The notes beneath the pieces are model-generated. The model worked only from the letters and a program-made list of their open reading frames with translations, did no database searches and was not told where the DNA came from. Below, piece by piece: positions 23,996 to 37,555 of a stretch of 64,000 nt of DNA; the stretch's first letter is position 1; each line of letters begins with the position of its first letter. The DNA is from Glaucostegus cemiculus (lineage: Eukaryota), in assembly GCA_976551045.1 (NCBI GenBank), contig CDPCPM010000091.1, forward strand, positions 1 through 64,000, written 5' to 3'. The position numbers and the translations under genes are program-made.

Positions 23996-26857
23996 ACACA
24001 ATGGCAGCTCAGAGACATCAACATCTGAACTCCAGCTGATCCCTGATGTCTGCATTGGCACACAGTGTTATGACAAGATGACTTGTAGCACAACCGTATT
24101 CAGACCATGGTTCCCTACAAAACTGCTAGCCAGTCAGCTCAATGTGGCCCATTATCTCCTTGTGGCTCAGCATCAAATTTTATTTAATACTCACATTTCT
24201 CAAGTATCTTGGGACATTTTACAACATAACAAGTTACAAGATAAAGGTAAGAGTTATTGCCATTCCAATATAATTATTCACAAGAGGTAATCATTAAACA
24301 TTTTCACGGTCAATGTAGATGCTGTTGGCATTTAAAATATTACTCAAACACATTTTCACCCCCAGTATTCTTAAATTCCTTTTCTAATTTCTTTAAAAGT
24401 TATTTTGGAAAGATAAAATTCATGATTACTCTAATGAAGAGTATACCTTAATTTGACACCAGACAATCTTAAGCATATGCTTTACCTCACAGAGTTAGAG
24501 AATGATACAGCAGAGGAATTTAGTTCATTGCACCTGCTTTGAGATATCCAATTTGCTCTACTCTTTTGATTCTACCCCAGTCCCCTGCCATCCTCAGCAC
24601 AATTTCCCTTTTCAGAAACTTATCCAATTCACAACATTAAACAAATTTTTTAATTTTCCCAATAATTTGACATCACCCAGCATTCTAGTTCCAGAATCCT
24701 AATCACACTATAAATAAAACAAGAATGATGACTTCCTATAAATTAACACTTGGCAAGATAATAGAAGGAATTTATTATTATGAACTATGAAATCAACAAG
24801 ATGTATTTGAGAGAGACTACACTATAAAACAAGGTATATATATCAGCCTAGTGAGTCTGAGCCACAAACCTAACTGGATCCTCTTCAATCGAATTAAGCA
24901 TTATAGGCACAATCCCTTCTTCATAATTGAATTACTTTGTTTCCCCATAGATACCTTTGAATGTTTTCTTATACAATACCCAAGAATTTGGTCATGATAG
25001 ATGTCAACCTAATCAAATTACAACACCTAGGGCCATGTTATTGTTTTTTAATAAATATAAAGAATGGAATATGAAGTATTTTCAATCTTTCTATTACCAC
25101 CCCAGAGTCTGAATAACAATGGATTGAGAACACCAACCCCTGTTCCCACCTTAATTTATTTTAGTACTCCACAAAGCATTCCATCTGTACATTTTATGAA
25201 CCTTCATTCCAGCTTCTTAATAAACATTTCATTCCTAACTTGAACCAGCCATGAACTCAAATACATCTCCTAATGATTTGGTTATAGAACTGGGAATGCT
25301 GCTGATATTTTCTACGGTATATATTGACAGAACAAATTAAAGAAGACCTCGTACATCAGCACTTCTGTTCTCTCTTCATTAGGGATCCCATTTGCTCTTT
25401 ATTACTTTGCCAGCTATGAATGTACCTGATGAACTGTTGCTGTTTTCCCTAATGTCCACTACAATTTGTTTTTCTATTTACGCTCAATTATCATTTTAGT
25501 GCTTCTTAATTTATGTTTCGGTATTTTCCAGTTTGCATTTCCCTGGTTTGATTAAAGTAGCAAAAAGTTTTGAACTATGTATAACTTTAACTCCCTTTTT
25601 AACCATTTACACCTTGATTCTGACAAAAACCACCTGCTTCAATAGTACGACATATTGTTTAATTCATTATAAATCTCCAAAGCATGATTTGTCAAAAGAC
25701 ATAATTCTTGTGCTGCAGCTTGAAAAAAATCAGTCCATAAATATGATTTACCTTGTGGCCATATTACAACACAGTTTTACATTTGTCACCACATTACACT
25801 GAATGGCGACAATTAGATGTGGCCTCATCTACTTTTAAGTAAAATTAATAATGAACTGTATCTGGATATATATTTAAGAGACATTTCTTATTTTTCACCT
25901 TAGTTCAACACAGTGGAAATTTATCCAATTATGATAGACTGTTTCACAAAACAATCAGAACTCTCAAAGACCCAGAACAATCTACAATGGTCAATAACTA
26001 ATTTCTTTTATGTATTATGGTTCTGCCCATATGTACATAGGATATAAATGTTGTTACCTTCAACCACGTCTATTAGCAACAAATGTTTATCAGAAACAAA
26101 TCCACATCACAAATTTATAAGAACAGAATTAGCTGGTTTAATTACTGCCATTAATGAAGATAATTACAAGATCAGTAATCCTCAGTGGAAGAACAAGGTA
26201 AAGTTAAAATACAAAATCAATCAATTCAAGGATTACAATGTTCACAAGAGAAGTTCCACCACATTCTTCCTCACACCCATTTGCCTTGCCAGCGAGGACA
26301 CCATACTCTTTCAATATCCATCTTTGCATCTTCAATTTAATCAACCTCATCCTTTTGTAATTTTGTGTTTCTCCCAGTGCCAGGATCTCAGATCAATGGC
26401 TTTGGTCTTCCCAGCAGAGAGCTTAGTTCAAAATTTCAGTGAGTTTGAAATCAACTGCTACAAATGCCATTTCATCATGTTTAGTTTTCATTGGCAAGTT
26501 TCAGGAAGGCTAAGAAACCATGGATGTGGCACTGAGTTTAAGTTTATTGAAATATTGCAGAAAATGAATAATTTGCAGATACCAAAGGCAGTCACCTAAC
26601 TATATGTTATGCCCAAGACAAGTGCACTCCAGTTAAGCAAAGTTGAAGACAGCTTTCCAACACATCTGCATCTTCTCTGGTCATCTGCTTCAACCACTAT
26701 GCCCAAGTTATTCCCATCACTTTCCTCACTCCCCATCACCCAAATCCAGGTCCTCAAAGCTTAAAGTTCCCCTTCTTTTAGACTGTTTGCTAAGGCAAGG
26801 GAGCAAGCACTTTCTGTAAAGTTTCTTTATCACATTTAGACCAGGGTCGAATTTGTC

Positions 26858-29129
26858 ACACTATGTGGACAGGCTGACAAGAGGAGAGGCCGTACTGGAT
26901 CTAGTACTAGGCAATGAACCTGGTCAGTTGACAGACCTCTCGGTGGGCGAGCATTTCGGAGACAGTGATCACAACTCCCTGACCTTCAGCACAGCCATGG
27001 AAAAGAATAAGAGCAGATGATATGGGAACATTTTTAAACTGGGGCAGGGCTAATTGTTCTGGTATTAGGCAGGAACTCGGGAGCATAAATTAGGAATAGA
27101 TGCTCTCAAGGAAGTGCACAACAGAAATGTGGAGGCTGGTTAGGGGACACTTGCATGGAGTTCTAGATAAGCTTGTCCCACTGAGACAGGGAAAGGATGG
27201 CAGGGTAAAGGAACCATGGTTGACAAGAGAGGTGAAACATTTAATCAAGAGGAAGAAGAAAGCATACTTAAGGTTTAGGAAGCAAAAATGAGGCAGGGCT
27301 CTTGAGAATTACAAGGAGCTTAAGAAGGGACTTAGGAGAGCTAGAAGGGAACATGTGAAGGCCTTCACAAGTAGGATTAAGGAAAACCCCAAGGCGTTCT
27401 ACACGTATGTGAAGAACAGGAGAATGATGAGCGTGAGGGTAGAACCGCTCAGGGGGAAAGGGGCAAACATCTGCCTGGAGGCAGAAGAGGTAAGGAAGTC
27501 CTTAATGAATACTTTGCTAGTGTTCATTAGGGAGAGGGACTTTGAAAAATGTGGGGTCAGCGTAGAACAGACTAATGTGCTAGAGTTTGTTGAGGATAAG
27601 AAAAAGGTAGTGTTGGAGCTTCTGAAAAACATTAATAATAGATAAGACCCCAGGGATGGAAGGGATATACTCCAGGTTACAACGGGAAGAGATTGCTGGG
27701 GCACTGACGATGACATCTGCATCCTCCCTGGCCACAGCAGTGATACCAGAAGATCAGAGGATGGCAAATGTTGTTCCCTTGTTCAAGAAAGGTAATAGGA
27801 ATAATTCTTGGAATTATAGACCAGTGAGTCTTACATCAGTGGTGGGCAAACTATTAGAGATGATTGTTAGGGACAGGATTTAGAAGTATTTGAGAAGCAT
27901 AGTCTTATAAGAGATTATTAGTATGGCTTTGTGAGGGGCAGGTCATGCTTCACAAGCCTAATTAAGTTTTTCGAGCAGTTGATATAGACCTTACTAAAGT
28001 GTTTGACGAGGTTCCCCATGGCTTATAGTAAAAGTCATGAGACATGGGATCCATGGAGACTTGGCTGCATGGATTCAGAATTGGCTTGTCCAAACAAGGC
28101 AGAGGGTGGTAGTAGATGGAGAGTATTCTAGCTGGAAGTCGGTGATTCATGGTAACAAGTGTAGGGGATCGGTTCTGGGAACCCTGCTCTTTATGATTTT
28201 AACAAATGACTTAGATGAGGAAGTGGAGGGGTGGTAGTAAGTTTTCAAATGACATGAAGGTTGGAGGTGTTGTGGATAGTGTAGAAGGTTGTCATAGATT
28301 ACAATGGGGCATAGACAGGATGCAGAGTTGGGTGGGGAAGCAGTAGGTGCAGCTCAATTCGAAAAAGTGTGAAGTGATACACTTTGGGAGATCTTGAAGG
28401 TGGAGTACAAGGTTAATGGCAGGATTCTTAGCAGAGTGGAGCATCAGAGGGATCTTGGGTTCCAAGTCCGTAGATCCCCTAAAGTTGTCAAGCAAGTTGA
28501 TTGGGTGTGTTGGTCTTCATTAGTCGGGGGATTGAGTTCAAGAGGCTCGAGGTAATATTGCAGCTCTGTAGTACTCTGGTTAGACCAGACTTGGAGTATT
28601 GTGTTCAGTTCTGGTCACCTCATTATAGGAAGGATGTGGAAACTTTAGAGAGGGTACAGAGGAGATTTACCAGGATGCAGCCTGCATTCGAAAACATGTC
28701 TTATGAGGAAAGGTTGAGCTAGTCAGGGCTTTTCTCTTTGGAGCAATGTAGGATGACAGGTGACTTAATAGATGTGTACAAGATAGAGTGGACAGCAAGC
28801 ATCTTTTCTCCAGGGCAGCAATGGCCAATACCAGAGGACATCAGTTTAAGGTCTGAGGAGGAAAATGTAGGGGAGATGTCAAAGGTAGGTTTTGTTTTAC
28901 ACAGAGAGTGGTGGGTGCCTGGAACATATTGTTGGGGGCAGTGGTAGAGGCTGATACAATAGAGACATTTAGAAGACTCTTAGATAGGCATGTGGAGGAA
29001 AGTAAAATGGAGAGATATGGGCTGTGTAGGTGGGAAGGATTAGATTGATCAAAGAGTAGGTGATTATATAGGTCGGCACAACATCATGGGCAGAAGGGCC
29101 CGTACTATGCTGTACTGTTCTATGTTCTA
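26858..29129 (+). mobile_element. Long (about 2.3 kb) CR1 LINE ORF2 remnant: endonuclease end, tether, RT, 3' UTR
   Basis: Starts at YVDRLTRGEAVLDLVLGNEPG codons. ORFs give IKENPKAFYTYVK, ANVVPLFKKG..NYRPVSLTSVVGKLLE, GSVLGTLLF..NDLDEEV and LEYCVQFWSPHYRKDV. Tail is tgttctatgttcta; many stops and frameshifts. Confidence 0.95.
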
Positions 29130-29239
29130 GGCTGATTGCTATCTTTGGAAGGTCCAGATTTATAACCCCTCATCCCTGCGCACCACTATGGGCACAAATC
29201 CTGAGTGATCCAATTACAGCTGTTAGAGAGCATGGAGTG

Positions 29240-29560
29240 GCACCATCAACAATGACTCAAAAAGACCCTTCACATCAATCGGACGGTAGCCCAGATATTC
29301 TCTGAAGTTACAATCATCAGCATTGAAGCGACAGTCATGTATCAGCTTGGCTGGAAAGGACATTGAGAGTGGATGCCAGATTGTCATTTGTCCAAACAGC
29401 CCTAATCCCAGCTCACCCCACCCCTACAGCAAGAATTACTGCAAAAACATGCTGAAAGTGCATCTCAAGAGTAAAAATTTGGAGGTGAACTGCAAGGAGG
29501 AAGCTATTAATCAACATCAATATACTACATCCTCCATCAGGCAGTAGCCTGCTGGGGGAG
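29240..29560 (+). mobile_element. RTE-clade LINE C-terminal fragment, decayed
   Basis: cagcttggctggaaaggacat..atgccagattgtcatttgtccaaacag translates QLGWKGH..MPDCHLSKQ, resembling the RTE QLRWAGH..MPD.RLPKQ motif. KNYCKNMLKVHLK resembles KR(Y/F)KD.LK. Confidence 0.55.
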
Positions 29561-30789
29561 GAATTTAAAGCTAAAGAGAGGAAGGAAAGGGAAAGAACCC
29601 CTGCCAGTAGGCAGCTGACCATTGAGGAAATGCCTGCTCCTTCTGGGGGTTGGTTTGTGGCTCCGGAACAAGACTCCCAAGTCATCTCAGGATCCAGGTG
29701 CAGATCTGCAGTAAAGGTCACCCGCAGATCAAGAGATCATCGATGACTCCAGATTTCTTGCCTGTTGTATTGCTTGATGTAGGAGACCATCTGCTGCAAA
29801 TTCTACCTCAAGTTCCAATCCGCCTCCAACATTGCCCGACACAGCCAGTGCCAATGCTCTCAAGAATCAAAGGCAAACCTACAATGTGTAGCTTCACTTA
29901 CTCCAACTTCAATTAAATGTCCATCAAAACAGAAAAGGAATTTGCATAAAATAACAAAATATTAAGACACACTGATCCATTTAGCACAAGAGATAAAACA
30001 GGTTCGTTAGTGAGGAAAGATGATGCATAGGTGCTAATTAGTTTCTCATTATATGAAGCAGTCTTTAATCTTTTGTTGCTCAAAACTAACACATTGGTCC
30101 CCGACCATCAGCTGTGGTTGTAAAGAGTATGTTTTAAGTTTATGCCAGAGGATCATTCCACACACCCTGCCAATAACATTTCTAGCATTTGATGTCAATG
30201 TTCCAAGAATATATTAGAATTGTACTGATTTTTAGGAATAGCTGTATTTAATTAAAGTCAAGCTTCCGAAGCAGATTCAGAGAGTGTAAACTTTTGAGTG
30301 CAAGTTTGCTTATTAATTTATGTAGGAGTAACAGTAAGGACAGATATTGTACTCTTTGCAGAAGGTCTTCCTCAATGGACTCTCCTGGGGGAAAAAGTGT
30401 ATGTGATTTGGCTTTGCATAAATGATCTCTAATGTGTCAATATAGGTCTTTTCCTCTGTTCAATTGTGTGCATCATTAGCACTAACAGAATCAAAGTGAT
30501 GCATCTTATGTTTTAATGAACAAAATTATGTGCATTGAGAAAGAAACTGGCAGACTCTTAGGGCAAGATATCTGTTCACACACACTTCTAAAAGTGCTAT
30601 GCATTTAAAAATTAGGGTTGACTCAGTAGAGTAATTTCCCCCACATTTCTGGGTACCCCAGCAGGACATTCATCTCCCTATTTTCAACAGGATTTTTGTT
30701 CTCCTTCGCATGGAGCTCTCCCTGAGTGACAATGAGTGAAGTGCAAAGATTTTCAACCTTAATTGGGGTATGACAAGCAGTTAAGACTG

Positions 30790-31125
30790 TAAGAACAACA
30801 AGAAATAGGAATAGACCATTCAGTCTCTTGTGGCTGCTCCATCATTCAACAAGATCATGGCTTTGTTAACTCAGCCCTACTCTGCTACACTAATCTCAAA
30901 TCCCTTGATTCCCTAAATTTCTTAAAATCTATCAGTTTTGTCTTCACAGCCTCCTTGGATAGAGAATTACAAATATTCACTGCCCAGTCGGTGAAGATAT
31001 TCCTTCTCATCACACTTTCCACATTATATTCCATCTGCCACTTCTATGCCCACTTAATCCGTCGATATAATCCTGAAGTCTCTCTGCATCCTCCACACAG
31101 CCCACACTGGCACCCATCTCTGTAA
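30790..31125 (-). mobile_element. CR1 LINE 3' end with internal deletion
   Basis: agaac..aagaaatagga..gaccattcag...ccatcattcaacaagatcatggct is a reverse-complement CR1 tail; ttccatctgccac corresponds to WQME. Confidence 0.75.
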
Positions 31126-32694
31126 AATCAGTTCTTATTAATCGACAAAACTATCAGCTTTTACAAACCCTGCTTCCCTGTGCTTTACAAACCCTGTTAA
31201 CATCTAAGCTGCATTATTTGTCCTCACAGAAGTCTTACAGCCTCAAATATAGCCTACCTTAAATGTGTTATCCTTGGAGGTCAGGGTTACCCCTAAGTTG
31301 CTTAATCTTTGGGTCATTCTGGACACTCAACCACATCTCAGCTTGCTGATCACTGCTGTGTTAGGGCGATCACCAAACTCCAAACCCAAGGAGAGAAAAC
31401 TTGTTTACTTTTCCTTCAGTCCACAGCTGCAGGTACAAAGAATTGTAGGTTTCCCCAGAGTACAGGCTTTCAGAGGCTACACTCATTCCTCACAGGGGAC
31501 CACCTTGGAAATCTCCCATCAAGAGCACCTGGCTATGGCCCTGGAAGTTCTGTGTGGCTTTCCCGTTCACAAAAGAACATGCCTCCTGAGGCTGATATTC
31601 TTCAGCAACCTGTCCAGCTCCTTCTGATCCCCAGAGAGCACCATACCACTCCCTCCCATCACTGCAGCATCCATTCATTACTGGCAACATTCCTGTGTAG
31701 CTGGAAACATCTTACTTCTACTGTGGTACAAATAGCTGCCTGGAACAATGGTACCTAGGGTATTACACTGCAATTACTGCAAGAACTTGCAACACATCAA
31801 TAGGGACTACCACAGTGAAACCAACAATATCAATTCTGACATAATGTAACACAAGAAAATTCAACTGGGCTTTGTGTTTGCCTCACATTTAATGTTCCCA
31901 TCCTTTCAGTAGTTTTCACAACCAATACAATAAAAGTATTTTAAAAAAGAGAATGAAAGCTGTTTTGAGATGTTAATAGAAATAACATTCATTAGTCCAT
32001 AAAATCTGCCAGTTTGGCAACAAAGTCCCAATCTCTATTAAAGTGACCCACAATGTTTTTTTTAACACCACTGTGTGGGAACAAAGTCAAGGCCCTCATA
32101 CTATAAAGTTACATTCAGCTTCAGCAATGTTCTTATAGAAAGAAAATGCTCAGTCTGAACACTGACAATAAATGAAGAGAAAACCAAGCGTTACTTTGCA
32201 CCCTGTCGATAACTTGATGTGCAAATACAGTGCATCTGTCAAAGCAAACGAGTCATAATTCATCACTGAAGTATCCCGCATCAGTGATTAAAACAGCTGT
32301 AGACTCAACTTAAAATGCTCTACTTTACCAAAATGATAATAAAAATCATTCATCAAAAATGCCAGAAAAAGCAGCAGCAATGCTTTCAACCTTCCTCTGG
32401 CCACCTCCTTGTAATGTGCTAGCCTCAGCTAGTAGAACTCTTTGAAATTAGTCACAATAAATCACAATAAAACAAAGCAAGACAAATCCAGTCCAGCTAA
32501 TTACCACCCAGTCTGCTCATCAGCAAATGGACAGAAGGCATCATTGATCATACTGTTGACCAAGACCAAAGGTTAAAGTAAGCCAGCATGGAGCAGTACG
32601 GCAAACTGGCAAGGTAATGGACAAAGTTGCATTTGCAGTACTACCATATTAGTAAGAAGTTTCAATTGCTTTCACCCCTATCCAAGATCAAGTA

Positions 32695-33010
32695 AGACAT
32701 CAATGAGACCTTAGAGTCAACTGACATTAGAAGGAAAATGCTTCAATGGTCATACTTCGCTCTAAGGAAGATGTCTGTGGTTGTTGCAGATCAATCATCT
32801 CAGTTCCTGCATGGCACTGCAGGAGTTCCTCAGGCTGTTTTCTCAGATCCAAGCAGCTTCACCTGTTTGATCAATGACTGACCTTCCATCATAAAGTTGG
32901 AAGTGGGGATATTCATAAATGGGGGCACAAAGATCAATTCCATTTGCATTTCCTCAAAAAGAGGAGCAGCCCATGTCTGCATGGAACTAGACCTGGGCTG
33001 GTAAGTGACA
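32695..33010 (+). mobile_element. CR1/L2-clade LINE RT fragment
   Basis: actgcaggagttcctcagg (TAGVPQG) and atcaatgac..ccttccatcata (IND.PSII); a related scrap lies at about 34920-34983. Confidence 0.65.
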
Positions 33011-33044
33011 TGGATCAATGCTGGGACTTCTGTTGATTGTGGAG

Positions 33045-33895
33045 ATATGGGCTGAGCAGCAAGTTTGCAGATGACACCAAAATTGGCAGAGCTGTGATAG
33101 TGAAGAAGATTGTCAAAGGATTCAACAGGATATAAATCAGTTGGAGATATGGGCAGAGTAATGACAGATGGAGTTTAATCTGGACAAGAGTGAGGTGTTG
33201 AATTTTGGGAGGTCAAATGTAAAAGGAAAGTATAGAGTTAATGACAGGTTCTTCAGAAGCACTGGTGTACAGAGGGATCTTGGGTGCAAATCCATAGCTC
33301 CCTGAAATTGGCAGCACAAGTGGAGTAGTAAAGGCGGCATTTGGCACATTTTCCTTCATTGGTCAGGGCACTGAGTACTAAAGTCAGGAAGTTATGCTGA
33401 CACTGTATGAAACATTGGTTAGGTCACTTTTGGAGTTGTTCGTGCAGTTCTGGTCACTACTTTACAGGAAGGATGTAGAAGCTTTAGAGAGGGTGAAAAC
33501 ATTTACCAGGATGTTCCTTGCATTATTAGCTACAAGGAGAGGTTGGACAAAGTGGAGTGGTTGAGGAGAGACCTGATAAAAGTTTATAAATTAATGAGAG
33601 GCATAGATAGGGTAGACAGAGTCTTTTTCCCAGGGTGGAAATGTTAAATACTTTTTTTAACTTTAGCATAGCTTTAAGGTGAACGGGGTGACACGTTTAA
33701 AGGCAAGCTGCTGGGGAGAGCGTTGATGGAAGCAGATGCAATACTGATGTTTAAGAGCCATTTAGGCAGGCACACTGACATGCAGGGAATGGAGGGGCAT
33801 GGATCATGTGCAAGCAGAAGGGATTAGTTTAATTTGGCAGCAAGGTTGGCACCAACATCATGGGTTGGAGGGCCTGCTCCTGTGCTGTACTGTTC
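33045..33895 (+). mobile_element. CR1 LINE 3' fragment
   Basis: agcaagtttgcagatgacaccaaaattgg (SKFADDTKIG), gtgcagttctggtcac, tail ggcctgctcctgtgctgtactgttct. Confidence 0.92.
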
Positions 33896-35194
33896 TCAGT
33901 AACATTCATGCCACACAAGACTATCTCCAACAAGAGAAATGGACATTCCAGCAAATTGCCATCATCAAGTCCTTGGGATCACCACAGACCAAAAGTACAA
34001 TTAATCGAGATACAACCATACTATAAGTTATACCACTCACTTGTGTCCCTCCTGTTATTCATTTACAATATTTTTGTAATGCCTGTATCTCCAGTCTTAC
34101 CATAACATCCTTAACATTGATAAATACTCAGTCTGGCCTCTTCCAAGTACCAGAATTCTACCAAACCACAGCCTCTAATAAGAAGTAAAGTCTGACAGAG
34201 CGGTAATATGATGGACAGTAACACAAAAGATTCCACAGCCCATTTTGTAACAACTTTTCTGAAGAGCTCTTCGAAATTAGGATTCATGCCAGCTAGAAAT
34301 TTGAACCCATCAGCTTGTAGTCAGCATTATACATTGACAGACCTGCACCAGTATATTGTACATTATGTTATATTGTGACTACTACTTGATTATATTGATG
34401 GACCTGTGCCCACCAATACCAAGTGTAATACAAGTGCAGAGTTGCATCCAACTATGACAGACTCACCAGTGCATTACTGCCAGCTCCATAAGCAACTACA
34501 GACTGGATCTGGTCTCATCCTCGGCTCTTCATGGTCCTCACTGAGGACAGTCCCTGGCTCCCTGGTCTGGTTAGCAGCAGGTAGTTCAAGTCTCGGCTTC
34601 AGGTGCAGAGTTCCACAGCTAGCTGAAGACCAGGCCTAGCATCAGTGGCTTGAAGGTACAAGCCCAGCCACTGCCTCTGTTGGCCTTGCAGCAAAATCAG
34701 CATCCAAACCACTGAACTATTAGCAACCTTAGCCCCAGATGCAGGGCCACAGAGCCAGGCACCCTTGAGTGGTCCTGTACATTTTCCAGGGTTCAACAGG
34801 CATGTGTGTATCCACCTTTGCTTCCCAACTGTATATTTACATTACATTTGGCAGCAATTTCTAGTTAACACCATTAATGGAAGCAATATGTCCACTACAT
34901 AGCAAGATCAAACAAAACTTGGTTGTTGTTACTACACATCAATCCTCTCAGTTCCTGGACATTACTGCAGGAGTTCCTTAGGATATTTGCACGGTGCAAA
35001 CTAAATCAGGAATTATTTCAGGGTGGTTTTCAAAAGCTTGCTTGAAAAGCTAGATTTTAAGCAGTGATTTCAAGGAGAAAAGAAACAGAAGATGATTGAT
35101 TAGGGGAAAGCTTTCCATAGATTAGGGTCTGGATGGTTGAAAACACAGCCACCAATGGTGAAGACATGTACAAATGGCCATAAGTAGCATCAGA

Positions 35195-36465
35195 TAATAT
35201 GGAAACAAGCCCTTTGGCTCACCGAGTCCATGCTGACCATCAAAGACCCACTCATTGCACACTAATCCCATTTTACTTTCTCATTATCCTATAAACTCCC
35301 CCCAGATTCTACCACTCCCCAACTCATTAGGGGAATTTTCAGCAGCCAATTGACTTACTAACCTGCAAGTCTTTGGGAGGAAACCAGATGAAATCCATGT
35401 GGTCAAGGGAGAGCATGCAAACTCCACATATAAACAGTACCAGATGTCAGTATCAATCCCTAATTCAGAATCAGATTTATTACCACTGACATAAGACTTG
35501 AATTTTGTTTTATGGCAGCAAAGATATCAAAATTAATAAATTACAAATAATTAATTAGTGCTAAAACAAAAAGGGGAATAGTGAGGTAATGTTCGTGGGT
35601 TCATAGATCATCCAGAATCTGATGGCAGAGGGGATAAAGATGTTCCTAAAATGTTGAGTGTGGGTCTTCAGGCTCCTATACCTCCTCTCTGATGGTAGTA
35701 ATGAGAAGAGGGCATTTACCAGATGGTGAGGGTCCTTAATGATGGATGCCACCTTCTTAAAGAGCCACGTCTTGAAGATGTCCTCGATGGTGGGGAGGGT
35801 TGTGCCCGTGATGGAGCTGGCTGAGTCTACATCTCCCTACAGCCTCATGTAATCCTGTGCATTGGAGGCTCCGTACCAGGCAATGATGCAACCAGTCAGA
35901 ATGCTCTCTACTGTACATCTACAGAAATTTGCAAGAATCTTCGGTGACGTACCAAATCTCCTCAACTCCTAACAAAGCAGAGCCGCTGGAGTGCCTCCTT
36001 CATGACTGCATCAGGATCAATCCTCTGAGAAGTTGATGCCCAGGGACTTGAAGGTGCTCACCTTTTCTACCGCTGACCTCTCAATGAAGATTGGTGTGTA
36101 TTCTCCCAACCTCCCCTTCCTGAAGTCCACAATCAATTCCTTGGTCTTGCTGACATTGAGTGCGAGGGATCCTTGAGGTGCACCTGTGTTGAACGCCAGC
36201 AAGGAGGAGAGGTTACTACTGATCCACACTTACTGTGGTTTCCCAATAAGGAAATCATGGATCCAGTTGCAGAGGGAGGTATAGAGCCCCAGGTTTTGAA
36301 GCTTGGTTATGAATACTGAGGGAATTATGTGTTGAATGCTGAGCTGTAATCGATAAACAGTTGCCTGACATATGTCTTGCGATTGTCTAGGTGCTCCAAA
36401 GCAGAGTGGAGAGCCAGCGGAAAATTTGCTGGAGCTGGGAGACAGCAGCGCTACTACCTGCACCT
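35195..36465 (-). mobile_element. V-SINE with CR1-type tail, split by a Rex insertion (parts about 35195-35460 and 36425-36465)
   Basis: The first part holds the CR1-like tail, V core (gtctttgggaggaaacca..tgcaaactccaca) and a decayed B box. The head resumes as ctggagctgggagacagcagc at about 36429. Confidence 0.7.
35463..36420 (-). mobile_element. Rex-Babar LINE fragment (RT to 3' end) with internal deletions
   Basis: ORFs give [34 protein letters not shown]|LALNVSKTKELIVDFRK and ASIIKDPHH..ALFSLLPSERRYRSLKTHT; (GATTCT)n-type tail at 35463-35475. Confidence 0.9.
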
Positions 36466-36499
36466 AAGGAACAAATCATGGAGAAATTTAACACTGGCT

Positions 36500-37060
36500 A
36501 ACCCCATATTTGGCCATTTTCACTTTGGCTACATTGTCCATCACCTGCCCTCCCTCAGCTCATCTGCTGCTGGAATCATCAACAATGCCTTGGAACTTGT
36601 CTATTCCAACATAACCCTAGCCAACCCCCTTCTCCATCACCCACCATTTCCCCGCCCCCAATCTGATCTCCATAAATTTGAGGTCATCCATAACTATGAA
36701 GCCCATTTGCTATTGCACCATCACATTTGCCTGTCCCCTGGAGTTTGCTGACCTCTACTGCTCCAGTTCAACAAGTTTGGAATTCCAAGCCTCATTTTCA
36801 AATCCCTCAAGGCCTTGCCCCCCATGTTGTTGCAATAAGCTCTTCCAGCCTAAAATCCTCCAAGATATTTGTGTCCCTCAAATTCTGACCTTCACTTTGC
36901 CACCAGCAGTTGGCCTTCAGTTACCAAGAACCTCAGTAAATCTCAGCTTCAGTACTTCTCTTCCCTCCTGTTATGGTACATTGAAACCTCCAAATAACTG
37001 CTCTTATATCTCCAGTGTTTAATGACACTCCTGTTAAGTGCTTGGGACATTGTTGCTATG
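36500..37060 (+). mobile_element. Probable old L2-clade LINE 3' remnant
   Basis: C-rich decayed sequence with ctcagctcatctgctgctg, ttcaaatccctc and a tail aagtgcttgggacat..gctatgtaaa; recognition only. Confidence 0.45.
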
Positions 37061-37204
37061 TAAAATGAGTTGCATGATGAAGATAATTATTGTTCCAACC
37101 AGACAATTGTTGTTCCATCCAGACAGGAAGTAATACAATTATGAAATCTATTAGATGATATAGACAAGTTAAGTATGATTTCTTTCATTCAGAAATCCTT
37201 CTTT

Positions 37205-37555
37205 CTTATTACATCACAGATGGAGACCAGTCAAGCTGTGAAGTCGATGCCAGCTCTCAACAGAGAATACCATATCTCATGCCCCCTCTCCTTATTTCCC
37301 AATAGCCATGATATTTTATTCCCTCTCACGTGTTTATCAACTCCACTTCTGTTTGCCAATTTCCCTGCACTATGGAACAATTTACAGTGGTCAAGTGCCA
37401 ACCAGCTCATCTCTAGGATGTGAAAGGGAAACTGAATAGAAAACCTGCTGCCACAGGCAGAAGGTGCAAACTTCACTCGGACAGCATCCACGGTCAGGAT
37501 TGACCCCAGGTCCCTGGAGCTGAGAGATAGCAGTTCTAACTGCTAAGCCACTGTC
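37205..37555 (-). mobile_element. V-SINE with CR1-type tail, decayed
   Basis: Head in reverse complement: gtcaggattgaccccaggtccctggagctg...gccactgt. Core: ggatgtgaaagggaaactg..gtgcaaacttcac. Confidence 0.75.

Noticed and set aside
26048-26599. 183-aa plus-strand ORF
   Set aside because: It has no recognisable domain or splice context and has AT-rich intronic composition, so I treat it as chance.
31265-31758. Overlapping 120-149 aa ORFs in a locally GC-richer patch
   Set aside because: Probably a decayed retroelement; I could not assign a family or a protein motif with confidence.
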